A stretch of 64,000 nt of DNA, from positions 1 through 64,000 of the forward strand of contig CAMYMU010000037.1 in assembly GCA_947259575.1 (NCBI GenBank). Reading direction: 5' to 3'. A program made the position numbers and the translations under genes. The notes beneath the pieces were generated by a model. That model did not search any database, was not told the origin of the DNA, and worked only from the letters and a program-made list of their open reading frames with translations. The DNA comes from an uncultured Ectothiorhodospiraceae bacterium (GTDB lineage Bacteria > Pseudomonadota > Gammaproteobacteria > UBA6429 > Thiohalophilaceae). Shown here piece by piece: positions 48,138-57,270 of this stretch; the stretch's first letter is position 1; each line of letters begins with the position of its first letter.

Positions 48138-49277
48138 TTAGTCGGCTAAAAATTGCTCCAGCATGGCTTGTTCCTGCATTGCATCCTGATAACCAAGCCG
48201 GATTAATTCACGGCAATAACCTTTTTCAAACAAGAGGTAGCTCGCCAGCCCAGATCCTTGCTTGCTAGAAGATCCGATACCTTTGAGCAGATAGCGTATA
48301 GTTCTAGGTAGTTCATGTACGTAGTCTTGTGCCAGTTCCCCGATATCGATACTTGGTGAGAGCACAAAAGCATCGACACGCCGCAGTGGCACTTCACTTT
48401 TTTTCAGGTGGCGATCCGGGATGACATCAATAGTTTTATTGATGCGGTGCAGGCGCTCAAGATCAGTTTCCAGACTATCCAGAAAAATACTATCAAGAAT
48501 GTGCCCCGCAATTTGTGCGAAGTTTGGATACTCACTTGTATCACTTCGTTCGCGATGTTTTTCATCTTCGCGTTGGTTGCCGATCACCAATAACCGGTCA
48601 GCACCCAGATGGAGTGAGGCGCTAAGTGGCGACATTTGCCGCATTGAGCCATCGCCAAAATATTCGCGGTGTAATTTGACTGCCTCAAACAAAACAGGAA
48701 TCGCGGATGAGGCCATTAGATGATCGATGGTGATAGGACTATGACTTCCGAAGCGGCGCACGCGAGACCAGGGAACTATGTCATCAGTGCCTTGATAAAA
48801 GGTAACTGACTGGCCCGTGCTATAGCCCGAGGCAGTGATACTGATGGCATGCAAGTGGCCTTCATCGATTACGTGCTGGATACGGGTAAAGTCCAGGCGG
48901 CGCAATAACAATTCTCGTAACGGCTTCCTGTTTAATAAGGAGACGGGATTGTGTTTGCCAAGTCCACCCAGGCTCAAGGCGACTAACCAGCGTAGTGCAT
49001 TTTTGCTAATGCTTTTAACATCACTTTGGAAAACTTGCGGTACACGAAAATTACCCCAGACACGCAGCATCTGCGCAACCGCGAAATGGTAATTATCTGC
49101 CATAGTTGCAAGCGAGATCGCATTGATCGCACCCGCTGAAGTACCACAGATTATTTTGAAGGGGCTTGGACTACCTCGTGGGTGCAGTTCGGCAACGGCT
49201 TTCATCACGCCGATTTGGTAGGCAGCACGGGCACCCCCACCCATTAATATGAGTCCTCGCTTTATGTCTTTACTCAA
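48138..49277 (-). CDS. Patatin-like phospholipase, 379 aa.
   Basis: GGGARAAYQIG (oxyanion), GTSAGA (nucleophilic Ser), DG(S/A) catalytic Asp region. Confidence 0.8.
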   Translation of the reverse strand: MSKDIKRGLILMGGGARAAYQIGVMKAVAELHPRGSPSPFKIICGTSAGAINAISLATMADNYHFAVAQMLRVWGNFRVPQVFQSDVKSISKNALRWLVALSLGGLGKHNPVSLLNRKPLRELLLRRLDFTRIQHVIDEGHLHAISITASGYSTGQSVTFYQGTDDIVPWSRVRRFGSHSPITIDHLMASSAIPVLFEAVKLHREYFGDGSMRQMSPLSASLHLGADRLLVIGNQREDEKHRERSDTSEYPNFAQIAGHILDSIFLDSLETDLERLHRINKTIDVIPDRHLKKSEVPLRRVDAFVLSPSIDIGELAQDYVHELPRTIRYLLKGIGSSSKQGSGLASYLLFEKGYCRELIRLGYQDAMQEQAMLEQFLAD

Positions 49278-49423
49278 AGTGGCTAATCCTTAGGCATCCT
49301 GTCCATATTCTACGTAAGGTTCCTACAACTATAGGTTATCAACGCTATCCATCAATAACTTTAATAGGGCTGTTTTGCCAATTCCGTCTAAAGGCGTGAT
49401 TCGCCAGGGCCGAAATAGAAGAT

Positions 49424-51097
49424 ATGTCCACCTCGCTTGCCCTTGAGAGTATCAAACCATCTGATTTGCCTGCACCTCCTCAGGCAGCATTGGAAATGCT
49501 ACGTGCCTGCTCGAACGAGGACACAGACAACCGCACCCTGGCAGGTTTTGCTGAGTCTGATCCGGTTCTCACTGCTGAGATATTGCGAGTCGTTAATACA
49601 CCCTTATTTGGTATCGGCAAGGAGGTTACTTCGGTGCGCGGTGCCATTACCTTGCTAGGTTCACGTGCACTACGCAATATTATTCTTTGTCTAATGGTGC
49701 GCGAGGCTGCACAGAATCACACCAGAGAAAATTTTGATATCACTCTTTTTTGGGAAGACAGTTTGCGTCGCGCAGTCGCGGCCAGTATCTTGGCAAGGGC
49801 CTGCAAACTAGACAAGGATGATGCCTTTACTGCAGCGATAATGCAGGACTTCGGTTTATTAGTACTTTTTTATCTTAATCCAGATACCGAGGTAAGCTAC
49901 TCAGAGCTACGCCAAATGAACCCACAAGCGCGTCGTGACAAAGAAATGCTTTTATTCGGATTAGGCCATGATGAGCTTATCAGTGTTATGGCACAAAATT
50001 GGTGTTTGCCGAATGAACTGGCTGAACCGTTAACCACACACCATCAGATAGAGAGCAGCTCATCAACAATGGCGAAAATTTTATACTGTGTGGATTGGGT
50101 TGATGCGGTATTTAATGTGGCGAATATCAACCAGACCATTCAACAGTGTCGCGAATTACTCGATCAGCTTTTAGATATAGATGAAGATCAATTGCAGGAA
50201 ATTTTCGTCGCCTTACCGGAAAAGGTCGCACAAGCAGCCCATGCGATGGGTTTGAGAATTAAGCAACAATCCGATTTTGAGCAACTGATGCGTCAGGCCA
50301 ACAGTATGTTGGCAAAGGAGAACATCAGTTATCAGGAGCTGACCTGGAAGTTGGAAAAAACCATTGCTGAACGCGATCAGCTTTCTGCTGAGCTCAATCG
50401 TGAGATAGAAATTGCGCAACAAGTCCAACGTAAATTAATGCCGGAAGCGAGAGATGCCAGTTTTCCTATACACGGACTAAACCTTCCCGCCCGAACTATC
50501 TCGGGTGATTTTTATGATGTCGTTGAGCTTCAGAATGGCAACATCTGGTTTACCATTGGTGATGTCTCTGGAAAAGGGATTAATGCTGGCATTACGATGG
50601 CGAAGACCGTGAGTTTGTTTCATTGCCTGGCAAAACATACCCAGGATCCTGCGACACTGATTCGGATGCTTAATAATGAAATATGTGAGTCGACGACGCG
50701 TGGGATTTTTGTTTCGATGGTGCTCGGGATATATAACCCGGCAGATAAAACGGTACAGCTCGTCAATGCTGGACATCTACCGGTAATAATCGATGATCTT
50801 AATAAGGGTATCATCACTTATCCTTCGTCGGATCAACCGATAGGTATCCTCGCCAACACTGACTATCAGGCCTATCCGCCTATTTCCTTGCAAAAGGGTA
50901 CGCTCTATTTATATAGTGACGGAGTAACAGAATCGAGAATGGAAGACGGTGAGATGTTACGGCAAGCTGGATTGATCGAATTAATTGACAGACATCGTGA
51001 TATACCGGTGCATGAACGCCTTGAGGTCATGGTCGATGAAATACTAACTGAGACTTCATTGCACGACGACCTGACTTTATTATTATTGGAGCCCTGA
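49424..51097 (+). CDS. HDOD-domain plus PP2C (SpoIIE/RsbU-type) Ser phosphatase fusion, 557 aa.
   Basis: N-terminal HDOD (DPVLTAEILRVVNTPLFG...ITLLGSRALRNII). Central coiled coil. C-terminal PP2C motifs SGDFYDVV, GDVSGKG, LYSDGVTE. Confidence 0.8.
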   Translation: MSTSLALESIKPSDLPAPPQAALEMLRACSNEDTDNRTLAGFAESDPVLTAEILRVVNTPLFGIGKEVTSVRGAITLLGSRALRNIILCLMVREAAQNHTRENFDITLFWEDSLRRAVAASILARACKLDKDDAFTAAIMQDFGLLVLFYLNPDTEVSYSELRQMNPQARRDKEMLLFGLGHDELISVMAQNWCLPNELAEPLTTHHQIESSSSTMAKILYCVDWVDAVFNVANINQTIQQCRELLDQLLDIDEDQLQEIFVALPEKVAQAAHAMGLRIKQQSDFEQLMRQANSMLAKENISYQELTWKLEKTIAERDQLSAELNREIEIAQQVQRKLMPEARDASFPIHGLNLPARTISGDFYDVVELQNGNIWFTIGDVSGKGINAGITMAKTVSLFHCLAKHTQDPATLIRMLNNEICESTTRGIFVSMVLGIYNPADKTVQLVNAGHLPVIIDDLNKGIITYPSSDQPIGILANTDYQAYPPISLQKGTLYLYSDGVTESRMEDGEMLRQAGLIELIDRHRDIPVHERLEVMVDEILTETSLHDDLTLLLLEP

Positions 51098-51110
51098 TTA
51101 AATTAAAGAA

Positions 51111-51521
51111 ATGAGCCAGACACTGATTAAAAAAAGATTTAAGGCTCACACCTATCAATTAAAACAGTTAAGAGATTGGGTCCGTGAATCTGCTGGCAAG
51201 GCGGGTTTGACGGATGAGCGGATAGAACAAGTAGTGATTGGTGTTAACGAGGCGTGCATGAATATTATTGAACACGCCTACAATGAAACATCAGGCGATA
51301 TAATTTTTGAAGTCATACAAGCGCCTGGGGAAATTATTTTCCAATTAACAGATTTTGCCGAAGCCGTTGATAGCAGTTGCATTAAGTCACGAGAGCTCGA
51401 TGACATTCGACCGGGCGGGCTGGGTGTACACTTTATTCACGAAGTTATGGACAAGGTCGAGTATCTATCTGGCAAGAACGGTAAAGGAAATACAATTAAA
51501 ATGATAATTACATTAACTTAA
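51111..51521 (+). CDS. RsbW/SpoIIAB-like GHKL anti-sigma-factor-type Ser kinase, 136 aa.
   Basis: N-box VNEACMNIIEHAY and G-box GGLGVHFIHEVMDKVEY. Typical size. Confidence 0.7.
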   Translation: MSQTLIKKRFKAHTYQLKQLRDWVRESAGKAGLTDERIEQVVIGVNEACMNIIEHAYNETSGDIIFEVIQAPGEIIFQLTDFAEAVDSSCIKSRELDDIRPGGLGVHFIHEVMDKVEYLSGKNGKGNTIKMIITLT

Positions 51522-51534
51522 CCTGGAAACCAGC

Positions 51535-51861
51535 ATGGAATGTTCGACACGACAGGAAGGTAAATTCATGATTGTAACGCTGGCTGGCGAAGTAGATCTA
51601 CATTACTCACCGGAAGCACGAAAACAAATATTGGCGCAATTAAATGATAAGAACCATGTGTTAGTTGATTTGTCAGGTGTGGAATATATCGATAGCTCAG
51701 GTATTGCCAGCCTGGTTGAAGGTTTTCAATTAGCAAGAAGTAAGCAGCTAGAATTTGGTCTGGTTGGCGTAAGCGAAGCGGCACGTCAGGTTCTCGAATT
51801 AGCAAGGCTAGATAAAGTGTTCCAGATTAAAGCAACTATTGCTGAGTTTATTGATCACTAA
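51535..51861 (+). CDS. STAS-domain anti-sigma-factor antagonist (RsbV/SpoIIAA/MlaB-like), 108 aa.
   Basis: VDLSGVEYIDSSGIASLVE, which includes the conserved phosphorylatable Ser in its DSSG context. Confidence 0.75.
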   Translation: MECSTRQEGKFMIVTLAGEVDLHYSPEARKQILAQLNDKNHVLVDLSGVEYIDSSGIASLVEGFQLARSKQLEFGLVGVSEAARQVLELARLDKVFQIKATIAEFIDH

Positions 51862-51878
51862 TTCAATCAGAAAATATT

Positions 51879-52703
51879 ATGGCTGAGCCCTCTAACATTA
51901 CACCTACCTCACAATTGCGCAAGCGAATTGAACAACTAGGTCTTGTCGTTGTACGGGGCATTGAAGAAATCGGTTATATGTTTCGTTTGTTATACGAAGC
52001 GCTTGAATGGGTTGTGTTAGGGAGGCAGCGTCAACAACCAGTACGGGTGAGTAGTGTATTTAGCGAAACGATGCAGATCGGTATTCAGGCTGTTCCGATC
52101 ATCGCAATTCTGTGTTTTTCGATTGGAGTAATGTTGGCGATACAGGGAATTGAAACGCTGAAAACATTCGGCGCCGAGGCCCAGGTTGTGTTGGGTATCG
52201 CCTTATCTGTTACCCGTGAATTTTCTCCTTTAATCGTCAGCATATTAGTCGCGGGTCGATCTGGCTCGGCGATCGCGGCAAGAATCGGCACTATGCTGGA
52301 ATCACAGGAGATTGATGCCTTAAGAGTCATCGGGATCAATCCGGTGCGATATTTAGTCGCACCAATTATGTTAGCAATGCTTATTAGTTTGCCTTGCCTG
52401 GTTATCTTAGGTGATGTGGTGGGCTTACTCGGTGGTGCTGTGTATACCAAGATTGATTTGAATCTACCGCTGTCGGTTTATTTTGATCGGACCTTTGAAA
52501 TACTTGTTGTCGACGATGTGATGCAGGGATTAATCAAGAGTGTTGTCTTTGCTCTAATTATTTCACTGGTTGGTTTAGCTAATGGCTTTCAGGTACAAGG
52601 TGGTGCTGAAGGCGTAGGTCGTGCAACAACGCGTTCTGTGGTTATGTCCATCAGTTTAATAGTTATAGCCGACATGGTTTTTACATATTTCCTAAATCGT
52701 TAA
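51879..52703 (+). CDS. MlaE-family ABC transporter permease, 274 aa.
   Basis: Conserved ESQEIDALRVIGINP motif. Five TM helices. Confidence 0.8.
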   Translation: MAEPSNITPTSQLRKRIEQLGLVVVRGIEEIGYMFRLLYEALEWVVLGRQRQQPVRVSSVFSETMQIGIQAVPIIAILCFSIGVMLAIQGIETLKTFGAEAQVVLGIALSVTREFSPLIVSILVAGRSGSAIAARIGTMLESQEIDALRVIGINPVRYLVAPIMLAMLISLPCLVILGDVVGLLGGAVYTKIDLNLPLSVYFDRTFEILVVDDVMQGLIKSVVFALIISLVGLANGFQVQGGAEGVGRATTRSVVMSISLIVIADMVFTYFLNR

Positions 52704-52708
52704 AAAAA

Positions 52709-53515
52709 ATGACTGATAACGCAGAAAAAATACCTGTCGTAGAAGTGGAGAATCTGGTTACCCACTATGGCGATCGCATGATCTTAAAAGGCGTATCGCT
52801 CAAGATTTACCAGGGAGAGATCATTGTTATTATGGGCGGTAGTGGTTCAGGCAAGAGTACCTTGTTGCGTCACTTACTCGGTCTACACAAACCAACATCG
52901 GGTTGTATTCGCTTATTAGGTAAGGACATCACCAAACTAAATAATCAGGAGATGTATGAGATTCGTCGTCACATGGGAGTGGCGTTTCAGGGGGGGGCAT
53001 TATTTGGCTCAATGACGGTGGGTGAAAACGTCATGCTGCCATTACGGGAGCACACCGATCTTGATGAGCAGACCATGCAGATCATGACACGATTAAAATT
53101 AGAGGTTGTTAACCTGGCCGGTTTTGAAAATCTCATGCCTTCCGAATTGTCTGGTGGCATGATCAAACGCGCGGCACTTGCGCGAGCGGTGGTAATGGAT
53201 CCAAAATTATTATTCTTTGATGAGCCTTCAGCAGGTTTGGATCCCGTCGCTGCGGTTGAACTAGATGAGCTGATTCTTAAACTACGTTCAGCATTAAAAA
53301 TGAGTATGGTGGTCGTGACTCACGAGCTGGATAGTGCATTTAAAATTGCAGATCGGATTACAGTACTCGATCAGGGTGATATATTAATGACCGATACAGT
53401 TGAGAATGTTCGTAATAGCGATAATCAGCGCATTCAAAGTCTGCTTAACCGGATGCCGCGAGATGATGCTGTTGATACTGATGAGTATCTCAGACGCCTG
53501 ACAGGATACAATTAA
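52709..53515 (+). CDS. MlaF-like ABC transporter ATP-binding protein, 268 aa.
   Basis: Walker A GGSGSGKST. Signature LSGGMIKRAALARA. Walker B LLFFDEPSAGLD. Confidence 0.85.
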   Translation: MTDNAEKIPVVEVENLVTHYGDRMILKGVSLKIYQGEIIVIMGGSGSGKSTLLRHLLGLHKPTSGCIRLLGKDITKLNNQEMYEIRRHMGVAFQGGALFGSMTVGENVMLPLREHTDLDEQTMQIMTRLKLEVVNLAGFENLMPSELSGGMIKRAALARAVVMDPKLLFFDEPSAGLDPVAAVELDELILKLRSALKMSMVVVTHELDSAFKIADRITVLDQGDILMTDTVENVRNSDNQRIQSLLNRMPRDDAVDTDEYLRRLTGYN

Positions 53516-53516
53516 A

Positions 53517-54437
53517 ATGAAACAGGACAATATCAATTATTTTGCAGTTGGCCTATTTGTTATAGCTGCGATACTGATCTTGTTTTTTGCGCTCTATCAG
53601 ATAACGGGTGGTGGTGCTGATGCAGATGAGTATTACGTAGAAATCAAAAATGTTGCGGGAATCAGGGCAGGTAGCCCGGTCAGCTATGCTGGTTTTCAGA
53701 TCGGACAGTTGGTCGATATCGATCCGGTAAGAACAAATGGTCAGACCCGTTATCGAATCAAAATGTTGATAAAGTCAGGTTGGCCAATTCCAACAGATTC
53801 AGTCGCACAGATTGTGACACCGAGTTTGCTTGGCGAAAAACAGATCGATATCGCCGAGGGGCAGAGCAAAGAGTTTTTAAAAGTTGGTGACACCTTGCTG
53901 GGCAAAGAATCGGCGGATGTATTTGTGCTGGTAGAACAAATTTCCAGTGAGTTTCAGAAGTTATCTGATCAAGGTTTAAAGCCATTATTGAAAACACTCA
54001 ATACAGAGTTTGTTGGCACACTGCCTGAGCTAGTTGGGCAAACCTCCACCTTACTCACAAACCTCAACAAGAGCGCTGAAGAATTACAAAGCCTGCTAAC
54101 AACGGTTGACCGAAAAAGAATTGATGGCATTGTTGGTAACACCCAACAGGTCACAGAAAATCTTTTGGAAGTCTCTACCAAACTCGATCATGCCGCACTC
54201 GAGGTTGATAAACTGGTCAATACGACCTCGAGCATGATGGGCTCGAATAATGAAGATTTACGCAAGGCATTACTTGATTTACGTACAACTATGGGTGTGA
54301 TTGAAGAGAACATGAGTAGTATTATGTATAACATTGATACTTCGTCACGAAACCTGAATGAATTTACGCGCCAATTACGTGATAACCCCTCGGTTATATT
54401 AAATAGTAAAGCACCCAAGGATGCGGCAAAACAATGA
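53517..54437 (+). CDS. MCE-domain (MlaD/PqiB-like) periplasmic substrate-binding protein with an extended helical C-terminus, 306 aa.
   Basis: N-terminal TM, then MCE core (YYVEIKNVAGIRAGSPVSYAGFQIGQLVDI), then ~150 aa of predicted coiled-coil. Confidence 0.8.
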   Translation: MKQDNINYFAVGLFVIAAILILFFALYQITGGGADADEYYVEIKNVAGIRAGSPVSYAGFQIGQLVDIDPVRTNGQTRYRIKMLIKSGWPIPTDSVAQIVTPSLLGEKQIDIAEGQSKEFLKVGDTLLGKESADVFVLVEQISSEFQKLSDQGLKPLLKTLNTEFVGTLPELVGQTSTLLTNLNKSAEELQSLLTTVDRKRIDGIVGNTQQVTENLLEVSTKLDHAALEVDKLVNTTSSMMGSNNEDLRKALLDLRTTMGVIEENMSSIMYNIDTSSRNLNEFTRQLRDNPSVILNSKAPKDAAKQ

Positions 54438-55036
54438 TAAAAAAAATCTTGCTCGTATGCTCAATTCTTACGTTATCAGCCTGTTTTGGTGGTGGTGCCG
54501 AAATCCCAAAAGATAATTTCTATCGTCTTAACGATATAAGTCAGGCGAAAAAAACAGAGGCATCCCCCTTTAAAGTGGTGGCAGTCACAAGCATGAAGAG
54601 TGATGCTTTACACCGTGAACGTGCCATTCTTCATACTGATAAACGCGAACCACTGCATATCCAACGTTATAATTACCACCATTGGACACAAGTTCCTAAT
54701 GAATTAATTCAGGAGCACTTGATCGATTATTTGCGCAAGGCCGAGTTTGCACCGCAGATCGTTCGTTATGGTGAGGTAGTACAGGTTGATGCCAGAGTGA
54801 GTGGTTATATAAAGCGATTTGAACGTGTGATTGACAGCGGTGAAGTCAAGGTGCAAGTGCGGCTTGAGTTACATCTGGAATCCCTTGGCAACAACTGGCA
54901 GCACTATCAATTTATTTATGATGCTGAGCAGGCGACCCAGGGCGCAAGTATGCATGCCACTGTTAATGCATTTAGCCTGGCGCTTGAAAATATCTATCAA
55001 CAATTCCTGACGGATCTCACTAAGGCTAAGCTCTAG
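54434..55036 (+). CDS. ABC-type transport auxiliary lipoprotein (DUF330/PqiC-like), 200 aa; 4-bp overlap with the MCE gene.
   Basis: Lipobox LSAC. Typical size and position after an MCE gene. Confidence 0.6.
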   Translation: MIKKILLVCSILTLSACFGGGAEIPKDNFYRLNDISQAKKTEASPFKVVAVTSMKSDALHRERAILHTDKREPLHIQRYNYHHWTQVPNELIQEHLIDYLRKAEFAPQIVRYGEVVQVDARVSGYIKRFERVIDSGEVKVQVRLELHLESLGNNWQHYQFIYDAEQATQGASMHATVNAFSLALENIYQQFLTDLTKAKL

Positions 55037-55059
55037 TAGCCATATATCTACCTTATGCT

Positions 55060-55923
55060 TTAAAGGTCAAGTCTCTCTTTGCACCAGGCCTCGATGATGG
55101 TGCGTGCTTCTACCGGTTTTTCAGTGAGTAGCCAGTGGTCGGCATGAATGGTTTTGATTTCCAGATCGGGAATTTGGCTGAGGATTTTCCTGTTGGTCTT
55201 GACATTGCTAGTGCTTGCACCGGAAGAAAGTAGTACCAACACTGGTACATCAATGTCTGCAAGTGATGGTAATTTTCGGGAGACCTCAACTAGATCTTTT
55301 AAATAATTGGCTATGGGCATGTACCTGAGATCAGTAAATGGGTTCATGTAGAGATCGGCGATATCTTTGTCAGGGTTTTCGGCGAGAAAGGTACGTGTTT
55401 TTAGATCCAGTTTTTGTAAGTCACGGTAAGGATAATGACGTTTATGGATGCCCATTCTATTAAGGGCCCCCAGGCTGAAGGCGACGAGATTAAACAGCCA
55501 GCGAAAATGGGCAACATTTTTTAGCACCCCGGTCAGTGCCTGCGGAAAAACCGGATCAATAAGTAACAGGCCACGTAAATGAGTCTGGTCTTGTGCCGCA
55601 TAATCAAGTGCTATCTGTGCGCCCATGCTGTGTCCAACTAAAATCGTGGGCTTGTTTAGTATTTCAATTAGCGTGCCGACGTCTGTGCACCAATCCCGAC
55701 GCTGATAGTGTTGAAAAGTCATCGAGTGGCCATGACCCCGTAAATCCATCGCAAGCAGATAGCTTTTGTCTCTTAAGCTAAAGTTTGAAGTAAGCTCACG
55801 CCAGCGAGTGGCATTGCTGGCAAGGCCATGCAAAAAAATAATCGCGCTGTCACTGCTTACCGAACCCATGGTTTCACAATGGATAGGTAGCCCCTTACTG
55901 TCAAACTGATACGAGTCAATCAT
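55060..55923 (-). CDS. Alpha/beta-fold hydrolase, 287 aa.
   Basis: HG oxyanion (IIFLHGLASN). Nucleophile elbow GHSMGAQ. C-terminal His. Confidence 0.75.
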   Translation of the reverse strand: MIDSYQFDSKGLPIHCETMGSVSSDSAIIFLHGLASNATRWRELTSNFSLRDKSYLLAMDLRGHGHSMTFQHYQRRDWCTDVGTLIEILNKPTILVGHSMGAQIALDYAAQDQTHLRGLLLIDPVFPQALTGVLKNVAHFRWLFNLVAFSLGALNRMGIHKRHYPYRDLQKLDLKTRTFLAENPDKDIADLYMNPFTDLRYMPIANYLKDLVEVSRKLPSLADIDVPVLVLLSSGASTSNVKTNRKILSQIPDLEIKTIHADHWLLTEKPVEARTIIEAWCKERLDL

Positions 55924-56263
55924 GTTTTACAATTTATTTCTTTTTTTTGTTTTGGTGTAGTTTATTTGTAATTAGACGTTGCTAATCTTCGTGGTGAGAG
56001 TATGAAATAGATGAAACCTTTTTTGTATTTGTAACGTTAATTTGTACAGTTTCTCATTAGAAAATAGAGCATTAAGTGTGTGGTTTTGTTAAAAATTGTT
56101 AACAAGCAACCATTTATCGCCTGTAAGCATCCTCCTACACGAATATGCGAGTTTTCTGACAAGACTTGTAAGTACAGTTGGCTTAGAATTCTATCCCTCA
56201 CAGATGAGTCGATATCTCTGTGAAATTGAGCTCTAGAATGCCATTTAATTTAGGACAAAAACC

Positions 56264-56431
56264 ATGAAAGCTATGTTAAGAAAATACGTCTCACTTGCGA
56301 TTATGCTGTTATTGCTAGTCCTTATTATCAGCTGGCTACCTGTAGAAGGTACGCTAGAGACTTCTGATGGCTACAAAGATTCTAAGAATGATGTTCAGTT
56401 GGCGAGCTTTAGTGCTCGTGATATGGATTAA
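56264..56431 (+). CDS. Possible small membrane-anchored peptide, 55 aa.
   Basis: ATG with a weak AGGAC RBS. One hydrophobic helix. Followed by a weak terminator-like hairpin at 56471-56500. Confidence 0.25.
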   Translation: MKAMLRKYVSLAIMLLLLVLIISWLPVEGTLETSDGYKDSKNDVQLASFSARDMD

Positions 56432-56514
56432 CTATTAACAGGGTTATTTTAAATAGTCAGGTTAGAAAAGAAACGCTTGGAGAGATCCGGGCGTTTTTTT
56501 ATGCAGGCTGAAAA

Positions 56515-56838
56515 TTAATTTGCTGCTCTAACTACCAGTCCGTTTTCAATTCCGGTTACCCCGGAAACGCTACTGGCGATCATGGTGGCCTGCTTCTTTT
56601 CCTGGTCTGAGTTGACGAAGCCGGACAGGTAGACCACACCTTTGTAAGTGCTCACTTTGATTCGGAAGCCTCCCGTGATTCTGTCATCAACCAGTTTGGC
56701 TTTAACCTTGGCTGTAATCAAGCTGCTGTCAAAGAACTCACCGGTGCTCTCACGGTAGGGGGTAGAGCTACAGCCGCTTAGGCTGATAATGGCTACGAAG
56801 GCAATGATTACGGGTGTTAGTCTGTTGTTATTCATCAA
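56515..56838 (-). CDS. BON-domain (OsmY-like) lipoprotein, 107 aa.
   Basis: Lipobox LSGC. BON pattern (ITAKVKAKLVDDRITGGFRIKVSTYKGVVYLSGFVNSDQEK...). Confidence 0.7.
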   Translation of the reverse strand: MMNNNRLTPVIIAFVAIISLSGCSSTPYRESTGEFFDSSLITAKVKAKLVDDRITGGFRIKVSTYKGVVYLSGFVNSDQEKKQATMIASSVSGVTGIENGLVVRAAN

Positions 56839-56850
56839 CTGCGTTATCTT

Positions 56851-57270
56851 CTATTTCTCAAATACTTGTTCATCGTCACGAAAGGCTTTGATTTCTATCG
56901 CATTTCCAGAAGGGTCTCTGAAAAACATCGTTGCTTGCTCGCCTTTCTGCCCTTTAAATCTTATATATGGGCTAATTTCGAATTTTACATTAATTCTGCG
57001 TAGTTTTTGCTCGATTAATTCCCATTCTGACCATTCAAGAATGACGCCAAAGTGTGGAATCGGTACCTCTTTATTATCCACTAAATTTGCCTGCTTGGGA
57101 TCTACTGATTTTGTGAGGTGGGCAACAATTTGGTGGCCGAAAAAATCAAAATCGATCCAGTGCTCTGCACTGCGTCCCTGGCGGCAACCCAGGATATCGC
57201 AATAGAAGGCCCTGGCAGCCTCTAAGTCATTGACAGGAAAGGCATAATGGAAGCGAGGGCGGTCAGGCAC
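56851..57270 (-). CDS. VOC (glyoxalase/bleomycin-resistance/dioxygenase) family protein, ~139 aa. GTG start overlaps the upstream stop (GTGCCTGA).
   Basis: FHYAFPVNDLEAARAFYCDILG...HFGV...FFRDPSGNAIE (VOC fold). The longer ORF to 57483 would overlap the upstream gene by over 200 nt and is rejected. Confidence 0.6.
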   Translation of the reverse strand: MPDRPRFHYAFPVNDLEAARAFYCDILGCRQGRSAEHWIDFDFFGHQIVAHLTKSVDPKQANLVDNKEVPIPHFGVILEWSEWELIEQKLRRINVKFEISPYIRFKGQKGEQATMFFRDPSGNAIEIKAFRDDEQVFEK

